A stretch of 64,000 nucleotides of DNA from Thermoplasmata archaeon (lineage in GTDB: Archaea; Thermoplasmatota; Thermoplasmata; Thermoplasmatales; GCA-001856825): assembly GCA_021792255.1 (NCBI GenBank), contig JAJYUZ010000004.1, positions 1 to 64,000 on the forward strand, in the 5' to 3' direction. Positions 1 to 10,224 of the stretch are shown piece by piece. Positions within the stretch are counted from its first letter, which is position 1. Each line of letters begins with the position of its first letter. A model generated the notes under the pieces. That model worked only from the letters and a program-made list of their open reading frames with translations. It ran no database searches and was not told the origin of the DNA. The position numbers and the translations under genes were made by a program.

Positions 1-100
1 ATGAGGGAACATTTCTTGATGTTTTCGAATCCAAGATTGATGAGGAGGGCTAAGTCATAACAAGGTATCCGTAGGGGAACCTGCGGATGGATCACCTCCT
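1..100 (+). rRNA. rrs: 16S rRNA, 3' end (partial; helix 44 tip, helix 45, anti-SD tail)
   Basis: AAGTCATAACAAGGTATCCGTAGGGGAACCTGCGGATGGATCACCTCCT at 52-100 matches the conserved SSU rRNA 3' end; GTATCC...GGATGG is the Thermoplasmatales-like h45 variant. Confidence 0.97.
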
Positions 101-406
101 AAGCTTGGAAGGATTCTCTTCCCATCAACATTCCTTTTTTTATCAGATCGACTTTTCTGTGAGGATGCTCCTGACAAATTTTGACCGCGATTGCATTCAT
201 GACAAGTCTTGGTAAACCCCCTTTTGGTTGAAGATTAGCTTCGTCCGGGCTCCCGACTGAGGCTACTTGGACTCCACCCTCTTTCGTCTATAAATGTGCT
301 TGATTTAACGTAGCGAGAACGTATGTCGAATCTAGATAGAAAAGTAGGTACTGTGAAGTAATAAGAAAAGGATTTTAACGAAAGGACGATTAACAGACGA
401 TGCACT

Positions 407-1426
407 ATGCTCAAAGTTGGAATTAACGCTTATGGAACCATTGGAAAGCGAGTTGCAGAAGCGATCACCGGGCAAGATGACATGGAGGTAACAGGAGTCG
501 TCAAAGCACACCCAAACTACATGTCCTACGTGGCGAGCAAGAAATTCAAACTTTTTGTTCCTGATAACGGTGCATTGAAACTGTTTGAGAATTCAGGAAT
601 TAAGGTTGAGGGGACCTTAGACAATCTAATGGACGATTCAGAGCTCATAGTCGACTCGACTCCAGAGGGGATGGGGGAAGAGTACAAGAAAATCTACGAG
701 AAAGAAAAGAAGAAAGCGATCTTCCAAGGAGGAGAAGATCACGAACTGACGAATCTCTCGTTCAATGCATATGCCAATTACAAGGAGGCGTGGGGAAAGG
801 ATTTCGTCAGGGTCGTGTCTTGTAACACAACGGGTCTGATAAGGACACTCAACCCGCTCACCGAGTTCGGAAAAGTAAAGGTGAGAGCAAATCTGGTCAG
901 GAGAGCAACAGATCCAGATGATTACTCAAAGGGACCGATCAACTCGATCGTGCCTGATCTGAAGATTCCTTCCCATCACGGACCGGACGTGGCATCTGTC
1001 ATCCACGGACTAGATATACAGACCATGGCGGTAAAGGTCCCTACGACTCTCATGCACCTCCATTTCGTGAACGTCACATTCCCAGGTGAAGTAAAGGTAG
1101 AAGAAATAATAGCAAAATGGAAAGGATACAGGAGGATAGCCTTCGTCTCAGGTAAGGATGGTGTAAAGAGTACTTCTCAGCTGATGGATATAGGGAGGGA
1201 GACAGGAAGAGAGAGATCGGATCTTTTTGAGATAATGCTCTGGAAGGATTCGATCAGCGTCAAAGGAAACGAGTTGTTCTACTACCAGGCAGTTCATCAG
1301 GAGAGCGACGTGGTTCCAGAGAACATTGATGCAATGAGATCAATGTTCCAGCTCAGGGAAAAGCAAGATTCGATAGACAAAACTGATAAATCATTAAAGA
1401 TTGGGGAGCTTGCATATGCCAGATAA
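407..1426 (+). CDS. gap: archaeal type II glyceraldehyde-3-phosphate dehydrogenase
   Basis: N-terminal [12 protein letters not shown] Rossmann motif, catalytic [23 protein letters not shown]. Confidence 0.96.
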   Translation: MLKVGINAYGTIGKRVAEAITGQDDMEVTGVVKAHPNYMSYVASKKFKLFVPDNGALKLFENSGIKVEGTLDNLMDDSELIVDSTPEGMGEEYKKIYEKEKKKAIFQGGEDHELTNLSFNAYANYKEAWGKDFVRVVSCNTTGLIRTLNPLTEFGKVKVRANLVRRATDPDDYSKGPINSIVPDLKIPSHHGPDVASVIHGLDIQTMAVKVPTTLMHLHFVNVTFPGEVKVEEIIAKWKGYRRIAFVSGKDGVKSTSQLMDIGRETGRERSDLFEIMLWKDSISVKGNELFYYQAVHQESDVVPENIDAMRSMFQLREKQDSIDKTDKSLKIGELAYAR

Positions 1427-2378
1427 AGCTAAGAAACCAAAGGAAATAGAAGACCTGACCGGAGTCGGAGAATCTATAGCGCAGAAGCTCAAAGAGAGTG
1501 GATATACAGACATAATGAGTTTGGCCGTGGCGTCACCAAGGGATGTTGCAGATGCGACTGATATAGGAGAGAACATCGCGGCTAAGATAATAATGTCGGC
1601 AAGAAAGGCGGCAGATATTGGCAATTTCGAATCTGGAGATGTTCTTTTAGAAAAGAGAAAGGAAATAAAAAAACTGACGAGTGGTTCAAAGGCCCTCGAC
1701 GACCTCCTCGGAGGAGGCATAGAAACGGCTGCAATCACAGAATTCTTTGGAGAATATGCTTCCGGAAAAACTCAGATAATGCACCAGCTGGCGGTAAACA
1801 CAACTCTTCCATTGGAAAAGAATGGACTGGCGGGTGAAGTTCTCTTCATCGATACAGAGAATACGTTCAGACCGGAAAGAATAGTTCAGATGGCAAAGCA
1901 CATCGAACTGGATCCGGTCGAAGTTCTGAAGAAAATTCACGTAGCCAGAGCGTACAATTCGAGTCACCAAATACTTCTTGTTGAAAAGGCGTACGAGCTG
2001 ACTGGGAAGTATCCCGTCAGATTGCTAATAGTGGACTCACTGACAGCTCATTTCAGGGCAGAATATACGGGTAGGGGCACACTCGCAGAAAGACAGCAGC
2101 TACTCAACAAACACCTTCACGACCTTCTGAGGTTTGGAGATATCTACAATTCCGCGATTGCCGTCACAAATCAGGTCGCAGCCAGACCAGATGTTTTCTT
2201 CGGAGACCCCACTCAGTCCGTTGGAGGAAATATCGTCGGGCATGCCAGCACTTACAGGGTCTATTTACGAAAATCGAAAGGTGGAAAGAGAATAGCGAGG
2301 CTGATAGATTCACCTCACCTTCCAGAGGGGGAAGCGGTAATGATGGTTTCGGAGAACGGAATCTCCGATAGCATTTAG
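1416..2378 (+). CDS. radA: DNA repair and recombination protein RadA
   Basis: N-terminal HhH (DLTGVG), Walker [32 protein letters not shown]; ATG at 1416 chosen as start, overlapping the gap stop. Confidence 0.97.
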   Translation: MPDKAKKPKEIEDLTGVGESIAQKLKESGYTDIMSLAVASPRDVADATDIGENIAAKIIMSARKAADIGNFESGDVLLEKRKEIKKLTSGSKALDDLLGGGIETAAITEFFGEYASGKTQIMHQLAVNTTLPLEKNGLAGEVLFIDTENTFRPERIVQMAKHIELDPVEVLKKIHVARAYNSSHQILLVEKAYELTGKYPVRLLIVDSLTAHFRAEYTGRGTLAERQQLLNKHLHDLLRFGDIYNSAIAVTNQVAARPDVFFGDPTQSVGGNIVGHASTYRVYLRKSKGGKRIARLIDSPHLPEGEAVMMVSENGISDSI

Positions 2379-2965
2379 TCCACAATATTCACGAAGGCAA
2401 CCGATCCGATATCCTTCCTTTTTCCATTTTTGTAAGTGACCAGTCTCTGTGGAGGGTACGGACCTATTGGGAAAATTATTCGGCCGTTAGGTTTTATAAA
2501 TTTGTTCAAAAAATCAGGTTCTTCTTTGAAACTTGCAGTAGAAATTATCAAGTCGAATTTTTCCTTTAAGCACGTCCTGTTCACGTTACCTATTATTAGA
2601 TCTATGTTTTTTCGAGCATATTTGGAAATGTTTGCAGAGGCCCACTTCGATAATCCAGGTATGCGTTCCAGTGATACCACTCTTCTGCAGAGATATGACA
2701 TTATGGTAGTCAGATATCCACTTCCGGTGCCGATCTCTAGAACCGTATCTTCTTCCGCAGGCTTCCCGCGGTCAACGAAAATGGCATCCATGTGGGGGGC
2801 AGACTGGGTCTGATCGAAAGGTATAGGAACTGGCTCGTCCAAATCAGAATATTTCTTTAGCTCGTCAGATAGGAAATCGGATCGGTCAATGAAATCGAAT
2901 ACCTCAATGTACGTTGAATTACCTAGAAACCCTTCCTTGCTGAGAATAGTCCCCCAACTTTTCAA
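2375..2965 (-). CDS. pcm: protein-L-isoaspartate O-methyltransferase
   Basis: [21 protein letters not shown] motif, GRIIFPIG, C-terminal VAFV. Confidence 0.88.
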   Translation of the reverse strand: MKSWGTILSKEGFLGNSTYIEVFDFIDRSDFLSDELKKYSDLDEPVPIPFDQTQSAPHMDAIFVDRGKPAEEDTVLEIGTGSGYLTTIMSYLCRRVVSLERIPGLSKWASANISKYARKNIDLIIGNVNRTCLKEKFDLIISTASFKEEPDFLNKFIKPNGRIIFPIGPYPPQRLVTYKNGKRKDIGSVAFVNIVD

Positions 2966-4287
2966 AATTTCACCGGGAAGTAACTCAGATCGCTGGTATC
3001 GACAACTGTGCCTATTCCGGGTTTGGGGTTGAAATTCATCATTCTCTGATAGTTTGTCTGCTCCTGAAATGTGGACGCATTTATGGCCAGAATCCCTCGA
3101 TGAGTAGTGATTGAGTGATTATGAACGTGCCCAGTTACAAGCACGTCGGGGATAGGGTCTATCAGATAGTAGTCAGACCTGAGAGGAATAAATGATAGGT
3201 TCTTTCCGTACTCTGGAGCGAGATGTCCTCTCTTGAGCATTTCTATCATTACTCTGTCTGTATCATTAAGAGTAGTACCCGGAATCGCCTCTAAAAAGTC
3301 AAAAATGGAAGTGCCATGGTAGAGGAGAAAGATTCTTCCTCCTATCTCTACCCACACGGGGTTAGACAAAGAAGTCACGTTTGAAGGGAAGAGCGCATTG
3401 ATCTCCTTTGGCAAGGGATTCTGAGGTTCCATTGGGTACACTATGTCGTGGTTTCCCGGTATTATTATTACTCTCACTTTGTTGCTGATTTTAGAGATGA
3501 GATCTGCCAGTTTCTTGTATTGCAGGTTTATGTCATTTATCGCCAGGTCACTTTCCTGATCGGGATAAACACCTATTCCATCGACCAGATCTCCATTCAT
3601 TATCAAAAAGGAAACTCCCTGGGTATTGACGTAATCTATCATGTTCAAAAAACTGTCTTCGATGAAGTTCTTCGAACCGACGTGAATGTCTGATATCACC
3701 ATCACCTTCACGCCACTTGCGTCGATTCTCGGTTCCTTCGAAACTTCAGGACGGTACACCCCATCGGCAAATATGGCCGTTCCATCTCTACTATATTGAC
3801 CCGAGACTCCTATCACTTCATCTCTGATGACAACATCCTTGTAAGTCTTCGGAAGAATAATCTTGATTGAACTATTTTCGTCCTCAAGCTCTAGTATTCT
3901 GTACCCCTTCTTTGACTCATTATATTCCACCACCATCCCTGAGACAAAGACACTTCCATTGTCCCTTTTCAGTCTAGACACGGGTGTGAAGAAGTGATTC
4001 TTGCTTCTCTCGTTCAGTTTGGCGTGAAGAAAAGAATATCTACTCTTGAAGATATCGACGAAACTCTCACTGATACCAGGATAACCATCTAGATGAAACT
4101 CTTTTATGATTGAAAACTCGTTAACTGAGGGCAGATCAGACATTGCAAAAATAGGAGAAGAGAAGTCCAACTTCTTTTCATTCTTGAGGATATAGTCCAT
4201 CCCTCCTCTCTTCTCTATTTCCTCTATTGCTCTCTCTTCTATAAGACACCCCTTTTCTAGAAAAAATTTTTCGATGTCCCCATTCAT
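2962..4287 (-). CDS. polB: DNA polymerase D small (proofreading) subunit DP1
   Basis: OB-fold region followed by calcineurin-like phosphoesterase motifs SDIHVGS, GDLVDGIGVYP, PGNHD, YHG, HLAP, GHVH. Confidence 0.93.
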   Translation of the reverse strand: MNGDIEKFFLEKGCLIEERAIEEIEKRGGMDYILKNEKKLDFSSPIFAMSDLPSVNEFSIIKEFHLDGYPGISESFVDIFKSRYSFLHAKLNERSKNHFFTPVSRLKRDNGSVFVSGMVVEYNESKKGYRILELEDENSSIKIILPKTYKDVVIRDEVIGVSGQYSRDGTAIFADGVYRPEVSKEPRIDASGVKVMVISDIHVGSKNFIEDSFLNMIDYVNTQGVSFLIMNGDLVDGIGVYPDQESDLAINDINLQYKKLADLISKISNKVRVIIIPGNHDIVYPMEPQNPLPKEINALFPSNVTSLSNPVWVEIGGRIFLLYHGTSIFDFLEAIPGTTLNDTDRVMIEMLKRGHLAPEYGKNLSFIPLRSDYYLIDPIPDVLVTGHVHNHSITTHRGILAINASTFQEQTNYQRMMNFNPKPGIGTVVDTSDLSYFPVKF

Positions 4288-4400
4288 TGAAGAGCTAATA
4301 ATCAGTTAGTAAAAACGTTTACTGAATGTTATGTGTGGAGTCGAGAAACTGAAATAAGAAATACAGTTAAACTCAAATAACAAATAAAGCTTGGTAAGGC

Positions 4401-4952
4401 GTGGATCAGAATTCCTTGTTCAACAAGGATACGAGGGTGTTCGCATTTGACGACTCGCCCTTTACAAGGAAGGACGAATATACAGTCCTCGTTGGAGTGA
4501 TAATGAGGAAGGATCGATACATCGAAACTATCGTAAGGAAAAAGATAGAGGTAGATGGAACGGACGTCACAGAAAAAATCCTGGAAGCCGTGGGAGAGAA
4601 AGGCTCTGGAGTCAGAGTAATCCTGACACAAGGAATAACATTTGGAGGGTTCAATGTTCTTGACGTGAACAGATTATTTGAGAAGACCCAGATTCCGATC
4701 ATCAACGTGGTGGATCACGAGCCCGACATGAAGAGAATAAAGAACGCTCTTCAAAAATATTTTGAAGATTGGGAATTGAGATATTCCTCTCTCTCTGCGG
4801 ATTTTAAGAAGTTCGATTTGCTCTACGTCCAAGCACTAGGGATGGAACCTTCATTGGCTTATAAATTCGTCACGCAGATAACAACTAGCGGCACAATCCC
4901 AGAACCCCTCAGGATTGCAGACCTTGTGGCCGGAATTTGTAAATCAAACTGA
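4401..4952 (+). CDS. DUF99 family protein (endonuclease V-like / endonuclease dU)
   Basis: AFDDSPF, VDGTDVT, GITFGGFNV, PEPLRIA motifs. Confidence 0.85.
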   Translation: MDQNSLFNKDTRVFAFDDSPFTRKDEYTVLVGVIMRKDRYIETIVRKKIEVDGTDVTEKILEAVGEKGSGVRVILTQGITFGGFNVLDVNRLFEKTQIPIINVVDHEPDMKRIKNALQKYFEDWELRYSSLSADFKKFDLLYVQALGMEPSLAYKFVTQITTSGTIPEPLRIADLVAGICKSN

Positions 4953-5486
4953 ATCTAATTTTGCTAGTCTGATGTCCTTTCTCTTGCGTTCAAGATACTT
5001 GTAGACTGTGCTGTGCTGGTTTCCCCTGAGTATCATAAGGACACTTTCTCTCGAGATCTGATTCTGCACATAATCCCCGATAAGCGAAGCCGTATTGCCA
5101 TAGATCGAAACGTAAGATTCGGACAATTCTTCAATTAGATGCCTGGTCTTTCCTCTCGTTCCAATCAACCTCGCCCTGACTGTCTTTGCTCTCTTAGAGT
5201 TCTTGCCCGTGAAGTCCTTTAGATCTATTACCTCTAGGTAAGTTCCTGTATCGAAAAGTCTGAAAGCCCGCTGTGGAGAAAAACCACGTCCTATAGCCCT
5301 GATCACATCTCTTGCCCTCAATGTCATTTCAGGGTCAGTCGCCTTGCTATCATCTATAGTAATGTCTCCGCTTGAGGAATCGACTGTAAGAGTCACAAGG
5401 GATCGTTTTTCAATTTCGCTTTTAGTTTCTCCGTTCTTTCCAACCAGAACACCAATCCTCTCTTGAGGAATCTTAACGGAATACAT
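4944..5486 (-). CDS. KH-domain ribosome biogenesis protein (Dim2/Pno1/Krr1-like)
   Basis: IGVLVGKNG and RLIGTRG GxxG KH loops, AIGRGFSP, HSTVY; ATG 5486 preceded by GGTGAG SD; conserved aIF1A-RIO1-KH operon. Confidence 0.92.
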   Translation of the reverse strand: MYSVKIPQERIGVLVGKNGETKSEIEKRSLVTLTVDSSSGDITIDDSKATDPEMTLRARDVIRAIGRGFSPQRAFRLFDTGTYLEVIDLKDFTGKNSKRAKTVRARLIGTRGKTRHLIEELSESYVSIYGNTASLIGDYVQNQISRESVLMILRGNQHSTVYKYLERKRKDIRLAKLDSV

Positions 5487-6222
5487 TCGACTCACCTACC
5501 GTGTATTTAAGTATCTTGTCTTCTAATAGTTTATACCCAAATTTATTAAAAAATTTTGTCATTATCTCAATATCCCTCCTTAGGAGAATCAAGGCCATCT
5601 TGTCGTTGGTCTGTATTGCTTGAGCGATGTCAATCATGTAAGGCCTTTTCCTGTATACCAGAAAGTTGTATTCGCTCAAATCTCCGTGGACCAGTTGAGC
5701 TTTCGTGTAAAGTGTCCTGATAGAATGCAACGTCTGCGTCAAAATATTCTCAGTGATGTCACAATCCTTCATTAGAGGTGCAGGGATTCTTTTGGTTCCG
5801 ACGTATTGCATCACTAGGACGTTTCCGATCACTTTGATCGGTCTGGGTGCAATTACTCCTGAAGCGGAAGCTAACTCAAGATTTCTGTATTCTCTATGGG
5901 CCCACTGAACGATGAACTTTCTCTTGTTTCTCGTGTTTTCGATTCCCCAGCGCTGTCCAGCATATCTTTCAATGTTTTTGAAGGTGGAAGCCACAGTTTT
6001 GTATATCTTCACCGCGTAGAATTTATCGTCGTTTGAAGCTGCAAACACCAGACTCTCTTTTCCGGAGGCGATGGGGAATTCGAACCTTCCTAAGGTCTTG
6101 TCCGTGAATAATTTGTATATGTTGAGAATCGTGAATTTGTCAAAGACATAGCCAAAGACCTTTTGAGTCTCCTTCAGACGATCCTCGATCTTCTCTTTTC
6201 TTTCAGAATCACTTGAAAACAT
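5473..6222 (-). CDS. rio1: RIO1-family serine kinase/ATPase
   Basis: IASGKES, AVKIYK, EYRNL, LVHGDLSEYN, IDIAQA. Confidence 0.94.
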   Translation of the reverse strand: MFSSDSERKEKIEDRLKETQKVFGYVFDKFTILNIYKLFTDKTLGRFEFPIASGKESLVFAASNDDKFYAVKIYKTVASTFKNIERYAGQRWGIENTRNKRKFIVQWAHREYRNLELASASGVIAPRPIKVIGNVLVMQYVGTKRIPAPLMKDCDITENILTQTLHSIRTLYTKAQLVHGDLSEYNFLVYRKRPYMIDIAQAIQTNDKMALILLRRDIEIMTKFFNKFGYKLLEDKILKYTVGESNVFR

Positions 6223-6544
6223 CCAGGATCTCCGGTAGAATCTGGTTTCTGGAAAGGTAGGACGCCTGTGTCTTCGTGTACCTGAAATTTACATCTGCTC
6301 GCTCGTCTTGAAAACTCCACGGTTTGACAATGACCAAATCGCCTTCCCTCATCCACATCCTCTTTCTGATCTTTCCCGGGATTCTTCCTGTTCTGGTCTT
6401 TCCATCTGCGCACATCACGGTGAGTCTCGAGCTTCCAAGAAGTTTTTCAACTATTCCAAACATCTCTCCCTTGTTTGGATTAGGAAGTATTACTCTCGAG
6501 ATTTCCTCTGTATAGGCTTTTTCTTTATCAAGCACTTCTCTCAT
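6209..6544 (-). CDS. eif1a: translation initiation factor aIF-1A
   Basis: CADGKTRTGRIPGKIRKRMWMREGDLVIVKPW signature. Confidence 0.96.
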   Translation of the reverse strand: MREVLDKEKAYTEEISRVILPNPNKGEMFGIVEKLLGSSRLTVMCADGKTRTGRIPGKIRKRMWMREGDLVIVKPWSFQDERADVNFRYTKTQASYLSRNQILPEILDVFK

Positions 6545-6675
6545 AATATCCAGATTTTATAAAAATTTTGCCAATTTATTCTTCAAGCGTGTTTGCTTAA
6601 TGCCGGGTAATGTCAAAGACTTTTAAATCCAAGATTTAGTTGTAGATAAATGAGCAAAAGGTGGCGGCTCCATAA

Positions 6676-7275
6676 GTGTCAATAGGAGTGGGATACACTA
6701 TTGGCGATCTTAACTCGAACTCTTGGCCAAAGTTCGAAGAGTTCTTCAACAAGTACAACGGAGTCCAAAATTCTTGCTGGTGCGTGTACTATCACAAGAA
6801 AACTCCTTCTCCTAGGATTAAGAAATCAGAAAAAGCTGATTACAACCACAATTTGAAAAGGAAGCTCGTAGAAGAAGGGAAGTCGAGAGCTGTGCTTGTC
6901 TATAAAGAAGGTAAAGTCGTTGCATCGTGTCAGTATGGAACCTTCGACGAATTGCCAAGAATCCAAAATGCCTCCAGGTACGAGGGTTTGGTTATGAAAA
7001 ACGAGAGCCAGAACGCGTGGAGAATAACTTGTTTCTTCGTCGATACCGCCCACAGACACAAAGGTCTAGTAAAGTTAGCCCTGGATGGCGTTCTAGACAG
7101 GATAGCAAGAAGTGGTGGCGGACTTGTAGAAGCTTATCCAGTCACAAAAAGGAACACGGTCGAGATATGGTTCGGTTCTGTCAATATGTACCTTGAGAGA
7201 GGGTTTGAGGTAATTTCCAAGTTTGGTAATAGCAATGTGCTCGTTCGGAGATTTGTCGAACCTATCGATGACTGA
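6676..7275 (+). CDS. GNAT-family N-acetyltransferase
   Basis: CWCVYY, CQYG, WRITCFFVDTAHRHKG acetyl-CoA motif A, VEAYP, RGF. Confidence 0.82.
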   Translation: MSIGVGYTIGDLNSNSWPKFEEFFNKYNGVQNSCWCVYYHKKTPSPRIKKSEKADYNHNLKRKLVEEGKSRAVLVYKEGKVVASCQYGTFDELPRIQNASRYEGLVMKNESQNAWRITCFFVDTAHRHKGLVKLALDGVLDRIARSGGGLVEAYPVTKRNTVEIWFGSVNMYLERGFEVISKFGNSNVLVRRFVEPIDD

Positions 7276-7346
7276 TATAGTTCGGTCAAAATGGTGGGCA
7301 ATGGCTCACAGCATTCGCGAAGGGAAGACGAGGATGGCGCAGTGAA

Positions 7347-8333
7347 ATGAATGATTATTTGAAGTCGGTTGAGTGGCTATTGAATTCGAAAGATCCCTCG
7401 GTGAGATATCTCACCATGACTGACGTGGAAGGAAAGTCCGGGGAATCTTACGAAGTCACGAAGACTAAGGAAAGAATTGTCGATGGAGAGAAGGTACGAA
7501 ATCTGCTCTCAGGTCAAGACGTCGAAGGCGGTTTTTCAGTACATCCATACAGAAAGTGGACAGGTTCACACTGGAGATTAGTTTCGCTTGTCAATCTAGC
7601 ACTGCCCAGTGACAACCCGGGCGCCATTAAGTCTGCAAAACTTTCCTTGGACTGGCTTTGCTCACCCAGAATTGACAGATCATTTAAGGAGAAAAACGGT
7701 AAAATCAGAATGCACGCTTCAGTCTACGGCAATGCAGTTTATTATTTCTGCTACTTTGGTCTTGCAAAAGAACCAAGAGTAAAAAAAATTGTTGAGTGGA
7801 TCCAGAAATCTCAATGGGAAGATGGTGGATGGAATTGCGACCCAAATCCAGCGGCGACTCACTCTTCTTTTCACGAATCCTTAGGGACACTGAACGGGCT
7901 CATAGCCTATCACAACATTACGGGTGACAAGCTCGTCAAGAAGAGCATAGATAAGTCAGCCGATCTCTTCCTTTCACACCGCATATTCAAATCGCATCAC
8001 AGCGGTAAGATCATAATGAAAGAATGGTTGAAGTTGCGATATCCTGTATACTGGCACTACAATTTTCTGGAGGCGATGAGGGTCCTGTGTCTTGCAGGCA
8101 AAGGTTCAGATGATAGGATGGAAGATTCGCTAGATTTACTAGAAAAAAAGTGCGATTCTGATGGTAGGTGGACAGTGGAGGGTCATTACTGGAATCCGAT
8201 TGAAAAGAACTATCTTTCAACCAGCAAAAGTCTTCCAAGCAGAGAGGTAGTTGACTGGGGGCGGAGAGGTCCGAATGAAATGATCACCCTGAACGCTCTG
8301 AGGGTGCTTAAGGCCACGGGTAGGGTCACATAA
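7347..8333 (+). CDS. prenyltransferase/squalene-cyclase-repeat (alpha/alpha toroid) protein, function unknown
   Basis: QW-like repeats QDVEGGF, QWEDGGWNC, CDSDGRW; WLLNSKDPSVRY, SSFHES, YPVYWHYNFL, MITLNALRVL. Confidence 0.75.
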   Translation: MNDYLKSVEWLLNSKDPSVRYLTMTDVEGKSGESYEVTKTKERIVDGEKVRNLLSGQDVEGGFSVHPYRKWTGSHWRLVSLVNLALPSDNPGAIKSAKLSLDWLCSPRIDRSFKEKNGKIRMHASVYGNAVYYFCYFGLAKEPRVKKIVEWIQKSQWEDGGWNCDPNPAATHSSFHESLGTLNGLIAYHNITGDKLVKKSIDKSADLFLSHRIFKSHHSGKIIMKEWLKLRYPVYWHYNFLEAMRVLCLAGKGSDDRMEDSLDLLEKKCDSDGRWTVEGHYWNPIEKNYLSTSKSLPSREVVDWGRRGPNEMITLNALRVLKATGRVT

Positions 8334-8393
8334 AAGAAATGATCTGAGAAACTACGACTTGTTCAAATATCAATTATTACTATTCTCGAGGGA

Positions 8394-9938
8394 ATGCCCA
8401 CCATTCTAGAGGAGTACGTTCGCAAGTCAATGGAAACGGTAAGTACGAAAGAAGACCTCGAAAAGATGAGACTATCGGTCTCCAAGAAGTTCAAACTCCC
8501 AAGGGTAGTGAGCAACACCGATATTTTGCTTATGTTAAGGTCGGATGAGCGTGACAGATTCACGAATCTCCTGATTCGAAAACCCACAAGAACCTTGTCT
8601 GGGGTTTCCGTGATAGCGATAATGACTTCTCCCTACTCCTGTCCTCACGGGAGGTGCACTTACTGTCCCGGAGGAGTCGAGTTCTCCTCCCCGCAGTCCT
8701 ATACGGGATTTGAACCTGCGGCAATGAGGGGGAAACAGAACAATTTTAATTCCTATCTCCAGACCAAGAATCGACTCGAACAACTTAGAAGAATAGGTCA
8801 TCCCACCGACAAAATAGACTTGATAGTCATGGGGGGGACCTTTACGGCTAGAGACGAAGCCTATCAGAAAGAGTTTGTAAAGGGCAGTTTGGATGCAATG
8901 AATGGTTTCGTATCCAGCAACCTGAGTGCCTCGATTCTAGAAAACGAAGTGGCGGAAAATAGATGTATAGGCTTGACAGTTGAGACAAGACCGGACTGGT
9001 TTTTCGAAAGGGAAATGGACCTAGCCCTTGATTACGGGGCGACGAAGGTCGAGTTGGGGGTACAGACGGTCTTCAACGATATCCATCGTCAGACGAGAAG
9101 AGCTCATAGGCTTTACGATGTAATTAGGTCAACCAAGTACGCGAAGGATGCAGCGTTCAAGGTACTTTATCACTTGATGCCTGGAATAGGGGGAGTAGAT
9201 CCTGCGGCGGACGTGAAGTCTCTCACAAGATTGTTCGATGATGATAACCTGAGACCAGACATGCTCAAAATATATCCGTCTCTAGTCGTCGAGGGAACTC
9301 AATATTACGAGCTATTCAAGAATGGCGAGTATAGGTCCTATGAGAGTGAGGAAGCAGTAGAAGTAGTCTCCGAGTATTTTAGACACATTCCGAACTACGT
9401 CAGAATACACAGAATTCAGAGGGACATTCCAGTCTACAAGATTGTGCAGGGAGTTAAGAGAAGCGATCTCCACGATCTTGCACTAAGGAGAGCTCTTGAG
9501 AAGGGTTACGACGTCAAGGAAATAAGATACAGAGAAATTGGACATAGTGGTAGTGCCAAAGGGAAAGTGGAGTTGAAAATCACCAGCTATTTTGCATCAG
9601 ATGGACTTGAGAAATTCCTAGAATTTGTTGACGAAGATTATAGAATCATAGCATTCCTGCGGCTGAGGATCCCAGGGGAAAACGGAACAAGACCAGAACT
9701 ACTAGGAAAGTCTCTTATCAGGGAAATCAAGACTTTCGGGAAGGAGGCACGGATAGATGAGCAAGGGGAATATCAGCACAGAGGGTACGGGAGGAAACTA
9801 CTGCAGACAGCCGAAGAGATATCCAATGAAATGGGTCAGACCGGCATAGCAGTAATTTCAGGCATTGGGGCAAGAGAATATTTCAGGAAAAATGGTTACG
9901 AACGATTGGGTCCGTACATGTACAAAAAGACGGAATGA
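8394..9938 (+). CDS. elp3: Elp3 radical SAM/KAT tRNA uridine(34) carboxymethyltransferase
   Basis: CPHGRCTYCPGG, MGGTF, ETRPD, ELGVQT, LKIYP, RIQRDIP, QHRGYG, ISGIGAREY. Confidence 0.96.
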   Translation: MPTILEEYVRKSMETVSTKEDLEKMRLSVSKKFKLPRVVSNTDILLMLRSDERDRFTNLLIRKPTRTLSGVSVIAIMTSPYSCPHGRCTYCPGGVEFSSPQSYTGFEPAAMRGKQNNFNSYLQTKNRLEQLRRIGHPTDKIDLIVMGGTFTARDEAYQKEFVKGSLDAMNGFVSSNLSASILENEVAENRCIGLTVETRPDWFFEREMDLALDYGATKVELGVQTVFNDIHRQTRRAHRLYDVIRSTKYAKDAAFKVLYHLMPGIGGVDPAADVKSLTRLFDDDNLRPDMLKIYPSLVVEGTQYYELFKNGEYRSYESEEAVEVVSEYFRHIPNYVRIHRIQRDIPVYKIVQGVKRSDLHDLALRRALEKGYDVKEIRYREIGHSGSAKGKVELKITSYFASDGLEKFLEFVDEDYRIIAFLRLRIPGENGTRPELLGKSLIREIKTFGKEARIDEQGEYQHRGYGRKLLQTAEEISNEMGQTGIAVISGIGAREYFRKNGYERLGPYMYKKTE

Positions 9939-9965
9939 TTTTTAACACAATCAAAATGTACGTTC

Positions 9966-10220
9966 ATGTCCACTTTGGTTCTGCTGTCCTTCATAATATT
10001 GCTACTCTCCATTCTTTTTCTGGCACTTTCAATAACTATGATTCTTAAGAAATATACGTTGAGAGGTTCAATAATTGCCGTCTTCTTCTTGATTCTGTCT
10101 GTGAAATACTTGATATTCATTTACTTTCAGTTCGTTGGAATTCCGGTGAATCTCCTGTTGTTCATAGGAGCAGATTTCGTAATGATATTCTCCCTCCTAG
10201 CTCTGATGATAACAAGGTGA
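9966..10220 (+). CDS. small integral membrane protein (about 3 TM helices)
   Basis: 84 aa, three hydrophobic stretches; ends 4 nt before the wHTH gene, its stop lying in a GGTGA SD. Confidence 0.7.
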   Translation: MSTLVLLSFIILLLSILFLALSITMILKKYTLRGSIIAVFFLILSVKYLIFIYFQFVGIPVNLLLFIGADFVMIFSLLALMITR

Positions 10221-10224
10221 AGTA

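Noticed and set aside
4288-4400. Replication origin next to the PolD small subunit gene
   Set aside because: The gap is only ~110 nt, with no ORB repeats and no cdc6/orc1 gene.
7347-8333. True squalene-hopene cyclase
   Set aside because: About half the expected length and no DxDD protonation motif.
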